DNA of 25,440 nucleotides from an uncultured Oligoflexus sp. (GTDB lineage Bacteria > Bdellovibrionota_B > Oligoflexia > Oligoflexales > Oligoflexaceae), in the NCBI GenBank assembly GCA_964236955.1, contig CAXSGP010000067.1:1-25440 (forward strand), in the 5' to 3' direction. The position numbers and the translations under genes were made by a program. Below, piece after piece: positions 8,994-18,385 of the stretch; positions within the stretch are counted from its first letter, which is position 1; every line of letters starts with the position of its first letter. The notes beneath the pieces were generated by a model. It made no database searches. It was not told where the DNA came from and was given only the letters and a program-made list of their open reading frames with translations.

Positions 8994-11900
8994 TTGCTCG
9001 CATTATCCGCCTATGTGCTGCCAATCCCGTCATGACCGTTCTGTTAGTCTTAGCGGCATCGGTATTGACCATCTTCTCGATGAAACGACTGCCGCTCGAT
9101 GCCTTGCCGGATCTTTCCGATACTCAGGTCATCGTTTTTGCCGAATGGTCGGGACGCTCTCCCGACCTTATCGAAGATCAAATTACCTACCCACTTGTAA
9201 CCACCTTGCTCTCGACTTCCAAAGTAAAATATGTCCGGGCCCTATCCATGCTCGGAGCGACCCAGATTCTCGTCGTTTTTGAAGATGGCACTGATGTTTA
9301 TTGGGCCAGGTCCCGGATATCTGAAAAGCTCGCGTCGGCGGCTCGACTTCCGCAAGGCGTATTGCCGACTCTTGGTCCCGAGGCGACCGGGCTGGGCTGG
9401 GTTTATCAATATGCCGTTCAGGATGCATCGGGCCAGCAAGACCTCGCTCAATTGAGATCCTTGCAAGATTGGAATCTAAGGCTGGCCCTTCAGGGTATCC
9501 CAGGCGTCGCTGAAGTGGCCAGTGTTGGGGGTTTCGTCAAGCAATATGAAGTTAGCCTTGACCCAAGAAAACTCCAGGCGTTTAAAATATCGCCCCTGAG
9601 TGTTGCCAAAGCCATTCGCAATGGGAACCAGGAGGTAGGTGCTAATGTTCTTGAAATGGGTGGGACAGAGTTTGCAATCCGAGGACGGGGCTATGTTAAG
9701 AACATGGAGGATATTGAATCGATACCGGTCAGCTTAATAGGTGGTGGACGCGTTGTGACGGTTGGTGATCTCGGTCGAGTTCAAATGGTCCCTGCGTCTC
9801 GCGCAGGGGTGGGGGAGTTGGATGGCAAGGGCGAGGCCGTTGGCGGCATTATAGTTATGCGGGTGGGCGAGAACGCTCTGAACGTCATCGAACGAGTCAA
9901 ATCGAAAATAAATGAGATCAAAAAATCCCTACCCGAAGGGCTTGAGATAGTTCCCGTCTACGATCGATCCGACCTTATTCATCGGGCAATTTCGACTTTG
10001 AAAAAGGTACTTGTGGAAGAAATCCTCGTCGTCGCCCTGATCGTCTCCATTTTTCTTTGGCACGCCCGGGCAAGCTGGGTGGCCATTCTACCTTTGCCTA
10101 TCGCCATCCTATTGTCCTTTCTACCAATGCTCTATAGTGGATTGACAGTTAATATCATGTCGCTCGGCGGTATCGCTTTGGCTATCGGGGCAATGGTTGA
10201 TGCAGGGATCATCCTTGTAGAAAATGCCCATAAACGGCTCGAAGGCCGAAATACGAAAATGATGGCCGAATCCGAACGCCGGCAGCTTATTACAGAAGCG
10301 ATGGTTGAGATGGGGCGGCCCCTCTTCTTCTCGTTGCTTGTTATCACAGTGTCTTTTTTTCCCATTTTTGCACTCGTTGGTCGCGAAGGCCGGCTATTTA
10401 TCCCACTTGCCTTCACCAAGACGATGTCGATGGCATGGGCGGCCGTCTTGGCGATCACCCTGACGCCCGCCCTTGCCATTTTGTTTCTCAAAGGCAAATT
10501 CGTCGATGAAAAAGAACACCGGATAAGCCGCTTTTTACAAAAAATTTATGGGCCGGTCGTGGACTTTGCGGTGCGGAACAAAAAACTCGTTATTATTTCC
10601 GCTTTCTTAATAGTAGTCCTCACCATTCCCATTGCTTTTAAAATTCCCACAGAGTTTATGCCCGCCCTTAATGAAGGAAGCATTCTCTATATGCCTACCT
10701 CAGTCCCAGGCATGAGTCTTGATACAGCGGCACAGACTCTGCAAAGACAAAACTCTATCATTAAATCTTTGCCCGAGGTGGCGCATGTATATGGAAAAGC
10801 CGGTCGGTCATCGTCGGCGACCGATCCGGCACCCGTAAATATGTTCGAAACCGTTATCTCCCTTAAGCCCGAGGCCGATTGGCGAAAGGGAATGAATTAC
10901 GATGGAATAATAGCCGAATTGAATGAGAAATTAAAATTTCCCGGCATGCCCAATATCTGGTGGATGCCTATTCAGACGCGCATTGAGATGCTTTCAACCG
11001 GTATTCGCACGTCTGTCGGCATTAAGGTGCTGGGATCAAACCTTGAAGAAATTGAAAAGGTTTCGGTCGAACTGGAACAACTCATAAAGAACCTTCCCCT
11101 TACGAAATCTGCGTTTGCGGAAAGAATCGGCTCTGGGTCCTTTGTCGATATCGTCGTCAATCGAAAGGTTGCCTCGCTCTACGGACTTAATATTTCTGAT
11201 GTTCATACACTCATCGAAACAGCTGTGGGAGGGGCAGAGGTATCAACAGCGATCGAAGGCCGGGAACGCTATTCGATAACGGTACGCTATGCTCAGGATT
11301 TCCGAAACGACATCGAAGCACTCGAGAAGATCGTAGTTCCGACCCCATCCGGACAGGAAATTACCCTCGGACAGATCGCGTCCATAACAGTGAATGCGGG
11401 TGCCTCGATGATTCAGAGTGAAAATGGAAAAATGCTTGGTTTTGTCTTTATAGACGTGGATAAGTCAGCAGGACTTTCGGAATTTGTTGCCGAGGCTAAG
11501 CAGGCGGTCGACAAAGGCCTCAAACTTCCTGTCGGTGTCACCTTGGAATGGGCAGGCCAATTCGAAGCCCTGAAAAGTGCGCTGGAGACACTGAAAATCG
11601 TTGTTCCCGCCGTTTTGCTCCTTATCGTCTTTATTCTATACCTAAACACCCGCTCCATCGCCGAGGTAAGTATTGTCCTCCTTGCGATTCCCTTTTCACT
11701 CGTGGGGGCATTTTGGCTCTTGTACGCGCTCGGCTATAAAATGTCGATTGCGTCCGGGATTGGGCTTTTAGCTCTCGCAGGGCTTGATGCTGAGACTGGT
11801 GTCGTGATGCTTCTCTACTTGACGAACGCCTATAGTCGCCGTATTGAGGGCTCAGTCAAGCCGACCGAAGCTATGCTCATGGAAGCGATTCATGAAGGGG

Positions 11901-12118
11901 CTGTGCAGCGGGTCAGGCCGAAATTGATGACCGTAGCTGCAGCCCTAACAGGTCTGCTACCTGTCATGTGGAGTACGGGAGCTGGCTCGGAAGTCATGAA
12001 ACGGATCGCGGCACCCATGGTCGGAGGGATTGTCACGTCCGGTATCCTGGAACTTTTGGTCTATCCGGCACTTTTCGCAATGTGGAAATCAAAGAACATC
12101 AAGTCGACTGAATTTTAG
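8990..12118 (+). CDS. cusA: CusA-type Cu(I)/Ag(I) heavy-metal RND efflux permease
   Basis: LDALPDLSD N-terminus. Equivalents of the E. coli CusA Met triad are retained (LYMPT, VNMFET, IEMLSTG), as are the proton-relay motifs GAMVD, DAETG and RPKLMT. ATGA overlap with cusB. Confidence 0.95.
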   Translation: MIARIIRLCAANPVMTVLLVLAASVLTIFSMKRLPLDALPDLSDTQVIVFAEWSGRSPDLIEDQITYPLVTTLLSTSKVKYVRALSMLGATQILVVFEDGTDVYWARSRISEKLASAARLPQGVLPTLGPEATGLGWVYQYAVQDASGQQDLAQLRSLQDWNLRLALQGIPGVAEVASVGGFVKQYEVSLDPRKLQAFKISPLSVAKAIRNGNQEVGANVLEMGGTEFAIRGRGYVKNMEDIESIPVSLIGGGRVVTVGDLGRVQMVPASRAGVGELDGKGEAVGGIIVMRVGENALNVIERVKSKINEIKKSLPEGLEIVPVYDRSDLIHRAISTLKKVLVEEILVVALIVSIFLWHARASWVAILPLPIAILLSFLPMLYSGLTVNIMSLGGIALAIGAMVDAGIILVENAHKRLEGRNTKMMAESERRQLITEAMVEMGRPLFFSLLVITVSFFPIFALVGREGRLFIPLAFTKTMSMAWAAVLAITLTPALAILFLKGKFVDEKEHRISRFLQKIYGPVVDFAVRNKKLVIISAFLIVVLTIPIAFKIPTEFMPALNEGSILYMPTSVPGMSLDTAAQTLQRQNSIIKSLPEVAHVYGKAGRSSSATDPAPVNMFETVISLKPEADWRKGMNYDGIIAELNEKLKFPGMPNIWWMPIQTRIEMLSTGIRTSVGIKVLGSNLEEIEKVSVELEQLIKNLPLTKSAFAERIGSGSFVDIVVNRKVASLYGLNISDVHTLIETAVGGAEVSTAIEGRERYSITVRYAQDFRNDIEALEKIVVPTPSGQEITLGQIASITVNAGASMIQSENGKMLGFVFIDVDKSAGLSEFVAEAKQAVDKGLKLPVGVTLEWAGQFEALKSALETLKIVVPAVLLLIVFILYLNTRSIAEVSIVLLAIPFSLVGAFWLLYALGYKMSIASGIGLLALAGLDAETGVVMLLYLTNAYSRRIEGSVKPTEAMLMEAIHEGAVQRVRPKLMTVAAALTGLLPVMWSTGAGSEVMKRIAAPMVGGIVTSGILELLVYPALFAMWKSKNIKSTEF

Positions 12119-12253
12119 ATGGAACAGGAAGGGGATGATATAGGTTGAAGGATGAGGCTAACGGAGTCGCCCGGTGGAGGGAGGCAAGGACTATTAAAGC
12201 AGGGAGGGAAGCGCCGCTGGCATTTCGTGCTGCAACAAAAGCTGCCAAAGCTC

Positions 12254-12510
12254 CTAGTTAGTGTCTGCCCGGAAAAGGCGATGGCTGCGTTTCATCGGCA
12301 GAAAAAAATGCTCATTTATGGGGAATAAACTCCGCTTTTTTTCTGCCTCGCGCCTTGCCATCCCCATTTCCGGACAGGCACTAGTTAGTGTCTGCCCGGA
12401 AAAGGCGATGGCTGCGTTTCATCGGCAGAAAAAAATGCTCATTTATGGAGAATAAACTCCGCTTTTTTTCTGCCTCGCGCCTTGCCATCCCCATTTCCGG
12501 ACGGACACTC
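12254..12510. repeat. Two tandem copies (127-bp period) of a palindromic MITE/ERIC-like element
   Basis: Copy 1 is 12259-12383 and copy 2 is 12386-12510; they are near-identical. Terminal IR TAGTGTCTGCCCGGAAA/TTTCCGGACAGGCACTA (15/17), nested IRs GATGGC/GCCATC, GGCAGAAAAAAA/TTTTTTTCTGCC, TTTAT/ATAAA. TA ends. Confidence 0.92.
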
Positions 12511-12526
12511 GTTGAACCAAAGTGTT

Positions 12527-13807
12527 TCATTTCAAAGCTCCTTTGTCTTTTTCTTTGGGCTCTATGCTGCCGGCCAGAGACAGGCCTTTAGTCCCTAATA
12601 CAGCGGATTGAAGAGCGAGGTCAATGCGACGGATTTTACTTCCCAGAAGATGTTCCATGGCTCCTACAACATCCGGTGAATTTTTTACGCCGCGGTCATA
12701 TTCCTGGACGGTGAGAGCGAGGTATTTTTGTGCGTAAGCCAGTCGCTGCTCATTGATCTCTCTTAACCGCTCCGTCTCCTTTCGCTCTATTTCGATCGTT
12801 TGCAGCGTGTTTGCGGTGTCGATTTGCAGCTTTTTCATGTCGATCTCGGCTTTCTGTTTTGAAAGCTGCGCGATTTCAAGGGACGACATCCGTTGACGTC
12901 CGTCATAGATAGGCATAGATAGGGTCACCCCAATGACCGCTTCAACTTTTTTATAGCTTTCTGACGGATAAATTTTGCCGATGCTGGCAAATGCGTCAAT
13001 CTCAGGCTGGTAAGCCGATAGTATTTTATTTTTTTCCTGATTTATGATTTCAAGGTTGTTCTGCAGCCGTAAAATAGAGGGGTTGGCGTTGACATCATAT
13101 TGAGGCGGGCTGGCTCCAATGTCTGGTAAATTTCCGCTTACAGTGATTTTTTGATCTTGAGGAATATTGATATGGCTTCTCAGGAGAATAAGATCTTTTT
13201 CTTCTTCTGACTGAAGGCTCCTTTCCAACGACTCGAGTTCCTGCCCCCTAAGTCGGAATTCAAGTTCGTCCGCGCTTGTCGCAACTCCGGAAGCTGCCCG
13301 GCCTTTGGCAAGCTTTCTTTGCCGGTCGTTGCTCTGAATCTCCTGCTTAAGGATGGTCTTTTTTTCCTTTAAGGCAAGGAGATTGTAAAATAAAGATCGA
13401 ACGTCATAAATAAGGCTTTGCTGCCGTGAAGCCAATTCGAAAGTGATCGACCTGATCGCCAAATCTGAGGTTTTTCTTGCGAGATCGTCTTTGCCGCCGC
13501 GATAAATATTCCAGCGGCCCTCTAAAGTCGCTACGGCTCCTGTCCTTTCTTCTTCGATTGTCTTCTCGGAGATGAACCCCGCCTTCCCATATAAGGTTGG
13601 TTGAAAGCGGGATTCGATTTGGGTGCGTTCAACTTTCTTGATCTCCTGCTCATCCTGAATCGAACGGATTTCAAGGTTATTCTCGTTGAGATTATTTTCC
13701 AATTCAGCCAGCGTCCAGACTTTACCTTCTGCCTTCGAGAGGGAGGACCTGGTAAAAATCACCAGGAATAGGATTCGAGTTCGCTTCAGAGTCGAGCCCA
13801 TGATCAT
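12527..13807 (-). CDS. TolC-family outer-membrane efflux protein
   Basis: Signal peptide, GRWNIYRGG and TLSMPIYDG strand motifs, coiled-coil helices. Last gene of the minus-strand RND operon; its start overlaps the upstream stop. Confidence 0.87.
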   Translation of the reverse strand: MIMGSTLKRTRILFLVIFTRSSLSKAEGKVWTLAELENNLNENNLEIRSIQDEQEIKKVERTQIESRFQPTLYGKAGFISEKTIEEERTGAVATLEGRWNIYRGGKDDLARKTSDLAIRSITFELASRQQSLIYDVRSLFYNLLALKEKKTILKQEIQSNDRQRKLAKGRAASGVATSADELEFRLRGQELESLERSLQSEEEKDLILLRSHINIPQDQKITVSGNLPDIGASPPQYDVNANPSILRLQNNLEIINQEKNKILSAYQPEIDAFASIGKIYPSESYKKVEAVIGVTLSMPIYDGRQRMSSLEIAQLSKQKAEIDMKKLQIDTANTLQTIEIERKETERLREINEQRLAYAQKYLALTVQEYDRGVKNSPDVVGAMEHLLGSKIRRIDLALQSAVLGTKGLSLAGSIEPKEKDKGALK

Positions 13808-14214
13808 TGTTTTTCAACCTGAAACTTAAAGATGTCAGATTTTCCCTTATAGATTGCCTTGAATTCAATGTCAGCGCGATTAGCGCCTCCGAGTTCAACC
13901 GCCCCTACGAACGCATGGCCATTTCCTTCCAACTTTAAATGCGATGCCTGGCCTTTCGGAGTTTGAGCGGTCGCGGTGGCTTTTATTTCGGCCAATGGTA
14001 TTTTCCCGCCCCCGTGAGCAAGAGGATAGAAGCTGACCTTGGTTCCTTCGCTAACCATTTCCAAATTAAACTGGGTTCCAGGTTTTACAATGCCGCCATT
14101 TTCGGAGACTATCTGACCGGGTGCTTGATCATGGCCTTCATGTGCGGATATTAATGCAGGAGCAAGGCAAGCAAGGCTAAGAATTGTCGATTGAATAAAA
14201 CGTTTCATAGACAT
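13804..14214 (-). CDS. Small exported His-motif protein, putative periplasmic metal-binding protein
   Basis: Sec-type signal ending ISA, mature N-terminus HEGHD, then a beta-rich domain. Lies between the RND and TolC genes. Alternative start ATG 14208 has better SD spacing. Confidence 0.8.
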   Translation of the reverse strand: MSMKRFIQSTILSLACLAPALISAHEGHDQAPGQIVSENGGIVKPGTQFNLEMVSEGTKVSFYPLAHGGGKIPLAEIKATATAQTPKGQASHLKLEGNGHAFVGAVELGGANRADIEFKAIYKGKSDIFKFQVEKQ

Positions 14215-14222
14215 TTCCTCTG

Positions 14223-17200
14223 TTAGAATGTTTCGTTCCTATTTCTTATGGCTGCTTCGGCTGACTTTTGGCCGAAGTTAAAGAACACTGTCGGGGTAAC
14301 GATGATATCGAGGAGAGTCGAGCTTATGAGTCCCCCGACTATCACGATCGCCACTGGATGCAGAATTTCTTTGCCTGGCTCCCCGGCGGCAAGCACCAAG
14401 GGAAGCAGACCCAAAATTGCGGTTAAAGTCGTCATCAGCACAGGAATTAGCCGTTCCAGTGAACCCCTTATGATCATCTCCCGAGAAAACTCCTGGCCCT
14501 CTTCGTGCATAAGGTGAATATAATGGGAGATCATCATGATACCGTTTCGGGACGCGATGCCGCATAGCGTAACAAATGCCACCAGGCTTGCTATCGAGAT
14601 ATTACCGTCAGTCAAATAGATTCCAAGAATCCCCCCAATGAAGGCGAGAGGAATGTTGAGCATGACCTGGAATGTGATAAAGAAGGATTGAAAGTGCATA
14701 TAGAGCGCTAGAAATACCCCGATTAGGGCAAGGATTGCGAGGATCAGCATAAGTTTCGATGCCTGTTCCTGGCTCTCAAACTGCCCCCCGTAGGTGACAA
14801 AATACCCTGGTGGCAAAGAAACCTTACTGCCGACCCTTGAGCGGACGTCGCTGACAACACTGGAAAGATCGCGGCCCGAAGTATTAGCCTGAACGACGAT
14901 GCGTCGCTGTCCGTTTTCTCGATTGATGACGTTAGGCCCTGTCGATTCGAAGACATCTGCCACGTCCTCAAGAAGAATGCGTTTGCCATTCGGCATGACT
15001 TTGATGGGCATTTTTCTCAGGACGTCGAGATTCGATCTTGATTTTTCATCAAAGCGCATAAAGATATCGACAGTCCTCTGGCCTTCTATAATCTGTCCAA
15101 CAACGGCGCCTTGCAAGGCTTTTTCAAGTAATTGGGCGACGTCTCCTAGAACCATTCCGTACTTCCTGGCTGATTCGCGCACCAAAGTTATCTTGATTTG
15201 AGGGATCAGGACTTGTTGCTCAACCTGAAGGTCTACTAGTCCAGGCGTCCCTTGCAGAGCCTGGGAAATTTCCGCCGCTGTTTTTCTAAGCGGGCCCAGG
15301 TCCGGCCCAAATACCTTAATCGCTATTTGCGCCCGAACACCGGAGAGGAGGTGATCGAGTCTATGGGAAATGGGCTGGCCTACGTTTACAAAAATGCCTT
15401 CCAGACCGGCAAGCCGCGTTCTGATTTCCTTTAGGACCACTGCTCTCGATCGGCCTTCACCTTCCTTGAAATCGACCTCTATTTCGCTGGAATGGACGCC
15501 TTCGGCGTGTTCATCCAGTTCGGCCCGGCCCGTTCGTCGCGAAACAGATTTGACCTCCGGGCTTTGCAGAATCAATTTTTCTGCCTGAGTCCCCAAGTCT
15601 CCTGATGCCACAAGGGAAATTCCGGGTGTCGCCATAATGCTGACGGTTGCCGTGCCTTCATTAAAGGCCGGAAGGAAGTTGTGACCAAAGCGCGTAGCCA
15701 GCCCTATTGTGGCAAAAAGTAGGATGAACACGACAGCAACGATGATTTTGGGAAAATCCAGGGCGATATTGAGAACTTTTCTTTCCACGAATTTTAGGCC
15801 TCTAGGCAGCCAACCTTCTTTATGATCAAGGAACTTTGCGTTTGACAGAAGATAAGAGCACAAAGCGGGGGTCACGGTTAACGATACGACCATCGATGCA
15901 AGAAGTGAAATAATATAGGAGATTCCAAGTGGAATAAACAAGCGGCCTTCGATTCCTCCCATATAAAAAAGCGGGATGAAGACAAGGCATACGATGACGG
16001 TAGCAATGACGATTGAATTTCTCACTTCACTCGAGGCGTGATAAATGACTTTTATCGGGCTAAGTGGTGCCTCATTGCGGCGATTTTCCTTAAGGCGTCT
16101 CAGGACGTTTTCAACATCTACAATTGCGTCGTCAACCAATTCACCGATAGCGATGGCAAGTCCGCCTAGAGTCATGGTATTTACGGTTAAGCCAAATATC
16201 CTGAACACAATGGCTGTCAAAACGAAGGAAAGTGGAATCGCGGTCAGGGTTATCGCGGTGGTCCTAAAGTTTAAAAGAAACAGGAACAACACGATAGCAA
16301 CCAATATAACCCCGTCTCTCAGAGACTCCTCGACGTTGGAGACGGCGGCGTCAATAAAATTCGCCTGCCGAAAGAGATTCGGGTTCATCTCAACACCTTC
16401 GGGAAGCGATCGGTTCAGCTCTTCCAAGGCTTGGTCGATGGCTTTGCTTAAATCAACTGTGCTGGCTCCAGGCTGTTTTTGAATGCTTAAAATGACGGCA
16501 GGTTGAGCATTGACACTGGCATCACCGCGTTTGATCTGGGGCAGTTCCTGGACATCACCGATCTCTCGTACGGTTACGGGTACTCCGAAGTGCATGCCTA
16601 CGACCGAATCGAGAATTTCCTCTTTCGTTTTCACCGATCCGAGGTTCCGAATGAGAAACTCCTGACCCTCACGGTCAAAAAACCCGCCCGTTGTGTTGCG
16701 ACTGATATCAGATAGACTGTGTTCTATGGTATCGATCGAGAACTGAAAGTTTTGTATTTTGGCCGCAGACAGTAATATTTGAAACTGTCGAACCCCTCCC
16801 CCTATGACTATAACCTGCGCCACTCCCGGAATGGAAAGGAAACGAGGGCGAATCGTCCAATCGGCAAGTGTCCTGAGAGTCATGGGAGATACCTTAGCCG
16901 TAGGCGATGACAGCCCAAGCAACTGGATTTCTCCCATTATGGAGGCAATTGGGCCCATTACAGGCCGAATATTGGCTGGCAGTCTTTCGGCAGCCAGAGC
17001 CAGCTTTTCCTGGACCAATTGCCGATTGCGATAAATATCGGTGCCCCAATCGAACTCCACGTAGATTACGCTAAGGCCAACTCCAGAGCTGGAGCGAAGC
17101 CTTTCCACACCGGGAAGGCCAGTGAGGCTTGATTCAAGCGGGAATGTAACCAAAGTCTCGACTTCCTCGGGTGCTAAGCCAGAGGCTTCAGTCATAATGT

Positions 17201-17342
17201 TGACCGTAGGGCGATTCAAGTCTGGAAATACATCGACGGGAAGGCTTTTAACTGTCAGAAAACCATAGACAAAAACCAAAGCTGCAGCCGAAACGACTAG
17301 TAAACGATGAGTCAAGGAAAAACGGATTATACTATCTAGCAT
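14223..17342 (-). CDS. czcA: CusA/CzcA-family heavy-metal RND permease (non-Met-triad, His-rich type)
   Basis: VDVFPDLNRP, GELVDDAIVDVEN, RRTGRAELDEHAEGVH, QPISHRLDHLLSG, ERLIPVLMT. About 1040 aa. GAGGG SD precedes ATG 17342. Confidence 0.93.
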   Translation of the reverse strand: MLDSIIRFSLTHRLLVVSAAALVFVYGFLTVKSLPVDVFPDLNRPTVNIMTEASGLAPEEVETLVTFPLESSLTGLPGVERLRSSSGVGLSVIYVEFDWGTDIYRNRQLVQEKLALAAERLPANIRPVMGPIASIMGEIQLLGLSSPTAKVSPMTLRTLADWTIRPRFLSIPGVAQVIVIGGGVRQFQILLSAAKIQNFQFSIDTIEHSLSDISRNTTGGFFDREGQEFLIRNLGSVKTKEEILDSVVGMHFGVPVTVREIGDVQELPQIKRGDASVNAQPAVILSIQKQPGASTVDLSKAIDQALEELNRSLPEGVEMNPNLFRQANFIDAAVSNVEESLRDGVILVAIVLFLFLLNFRTTAITLTAIPLSFVLTAIVFRIFGLTVNTMTLGGLAIAIGELVDDAIVDVENVLRRLKENRRNEAPLSPIKVIYHASSEVRNSIVIATVIVCLVFIPLFYMGGIEGRLFIPLGISYIISLLASMVVSLTVTPALCSYLLSNAKFLDHKEGWLPRGLKFVERKVLNIALDFPKIIVAVVFILLFATIGLATRFGHNFLPAFNEGTATVSIMATPGISLVASGDLGTQAEKLILQSPEVKSVSRRTGRAELDEHAEGVHSSEIEVDFKEGEGRSRAVVLKEIRTRLAGLEGIFVNVGQPISHRLDHLLSGVRAQIAIKVFGPDLGPLRKTAAEISQALQGTPGLVDLQVEQQVLIPQIKITLVRESARKYGMVLGDVAQLLEKALQGAVVGQIIEGQRTVDIFMRFDEKSRSNLDVLRKMPIKVMPNGKRILLEDVADVFESTGPNVINRENGQRRIVVQANTSGRDLSSVVSDVRSRVGSKVSLPPGYFVTYGGQFESQEQASKLMLILAILALIGVFLALYMHFQSFFITFQVMLNIPLAFIGGILGIYLTDGNISIASLVAFVTLCGIASRNGIMMISHYIHLMHEEGQEFSREMIIRGSLERLIPVLMTTLTAILGLLPLVLAAGEPGKEILHPVAIVIVGGLISSTLLDIIVTPTVFFNFGQKSAEAAIRNRNETF

Positions 17343-17370
17343 CAAATCCCTCGTCTCTAGGCTACCCTCT

Positions 17371-17400
17371 CTATACCTCTGGATTCAGACAGTTGTGACA
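17371..17400 (-). promoter_or_regulatory. Putative ECF-sigma promoter of the czcA-like operon
   Basis: Minus strand TGTCACA-actgtctgaatccagag(17)-GTATAG, about 30 bp upstream of the start. Confidence 0.72.
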
Positions 17401-17560
17401 TTGACGAGTAAAAAAGATCAGAATGCTGCCAGTGGTTTGAGGATCACGGGCGGTTTACCAGAAATTTAGACCCAGCCAGTTTGCTGTTGATGGTCTTCCT
17501 TTTCTCCCTTGGTCTTCGCCCTCGAAGACTCTAGGGCCAAGCTTTATTTTAAGGGAGGGC

Positions 17561-17590
17561 TGTCACAGAATTGAGAATTCAGGGGTATAT
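17561..17590 (+). promoter_or_regulatory. Putative ECF-sigma promoter of the Cys/His-rich membrane protein
   Basis: TGTCACA-gaattgagaattcaggg(17)-GTATAT. Confidence 0.72.
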
Positions 17591-17627
17591 AATTATGCAA
17601 CTGGAATGATTGAGGAGCAATGGATTT

Positions 17628-18140
17628 ATGCATTTGGAAACATTGCCCGAATGTGTGTCGATTCGAATGAAAGAAGCGATTCTGCGCGATATGAATCCCA
17701 CTCTGCTGACAATTCATACTAAGCTAAGTCTAGCAGTCATTGCCGGCGGAATTTTTTCTTTGGCCATCTGCGGTCAGTTTGGTTTCGGTATGACTCACTG
17801 GGCTGAACTCATCAGTCATTCCCTTCACGAACGCATGGCGCCGATCCCCTGTGCCTTGGCTTGCGGATCCCTATACGCCCTGTTTCCGACCTTGTTCCTA
17901 CGATCGTTTTTTTGTTCCGCACTTCAATTTAGAATAATTTTCAATAGGCATTTTTGGTCTGTCCTCTTCTGGTATTTTTCGGTCGGCATGACACTTGCCT
18001 ACCACGGCGCGCACGGGCAGGGCATTTTGGAAGTAGGAAGCTGGGTTTGTTCGGCAATATTAAGTAGTTATGGACTAGAATTTTTGATGCGCAAGTTTTT
18101 TAAGGGTTGGAGTTTTGTTGAAATGCCAAGGGTTCGCTAG
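17628..18140 (+). CDS. Cys/His-rich integral membrane protein, candidate anti-sigma factor / metal sensor
   Basis: About four hydrophobic segments, with motifs AICGQFG, HWAELISHSLH, CALACG (CxxxC) and YHGAHG. GAGGAG at 17612-17617 precedes ATG 17628. The anti-sigma role is inference. Confidence 0.7.
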   Translation: MHLETLPECVSIRMKEAILRDMNPTLLTIHTKLSLAVIAGGIFSLAICGQFGFGMTHWAELISHSLHERMAPIPCALACGSLYALFPTLFLRSFFCSALQFRIIFNRHFWSVLFWYFSVGMTLAYHGAHGQGILEVGSWVCSAILSSYGLEFLMRKFFKGWSFVEMPRVR

Positions 18141-18293
18141 ACTCAATGCTTACGCTAGGATTTGATTTTTTGTCGAACGCATGGACGAAGCAAGCTCGAG
18201 CGCGTCGATGGCGTCTGGACGTCCGCACTCATTGTTAATCAGCGGAACGATCGTTCTTGAAAACCAGGATGTGTTTAAATTATTTCCCATCCT

Positions 18294-18323
18294 TGTCACA
18301 CTTTGAGCGCAATTCTTGTATTA
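18294..18323 (+). promoter_or_regulatory. Putative ECF-sigma promoter of the multicopper oxidase / sigma unit
   Basis: TGTCACA-ctttgagcgcaattctt(17)-GTATTA. Confidence 0.72.
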
Positions 18324-18385
18324 AGAGTACGAAGATGAAAACCTCGCGTCGATAATGGCGCTCTGCTTATTCGACAGGAATACAC

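Noticed and set aside
12254..12510. Repeat as a CRISPR array
   Set aside because: Only two long units with no unique spacers, and no cas genes.
12246..12542. CAAAGCTCCT direct repeat (12246-12255 and 12533-12542) as a target-site duplication
   Set aside because: The right copy is about 22 bp from the element end and inside the TolC coding sequence, so it is probably chance.
12261..12591. Two short ORFs beginning MSARKRRWLRF
   Set aside because: They are translations of the tandem palindromic repeat, not genes.
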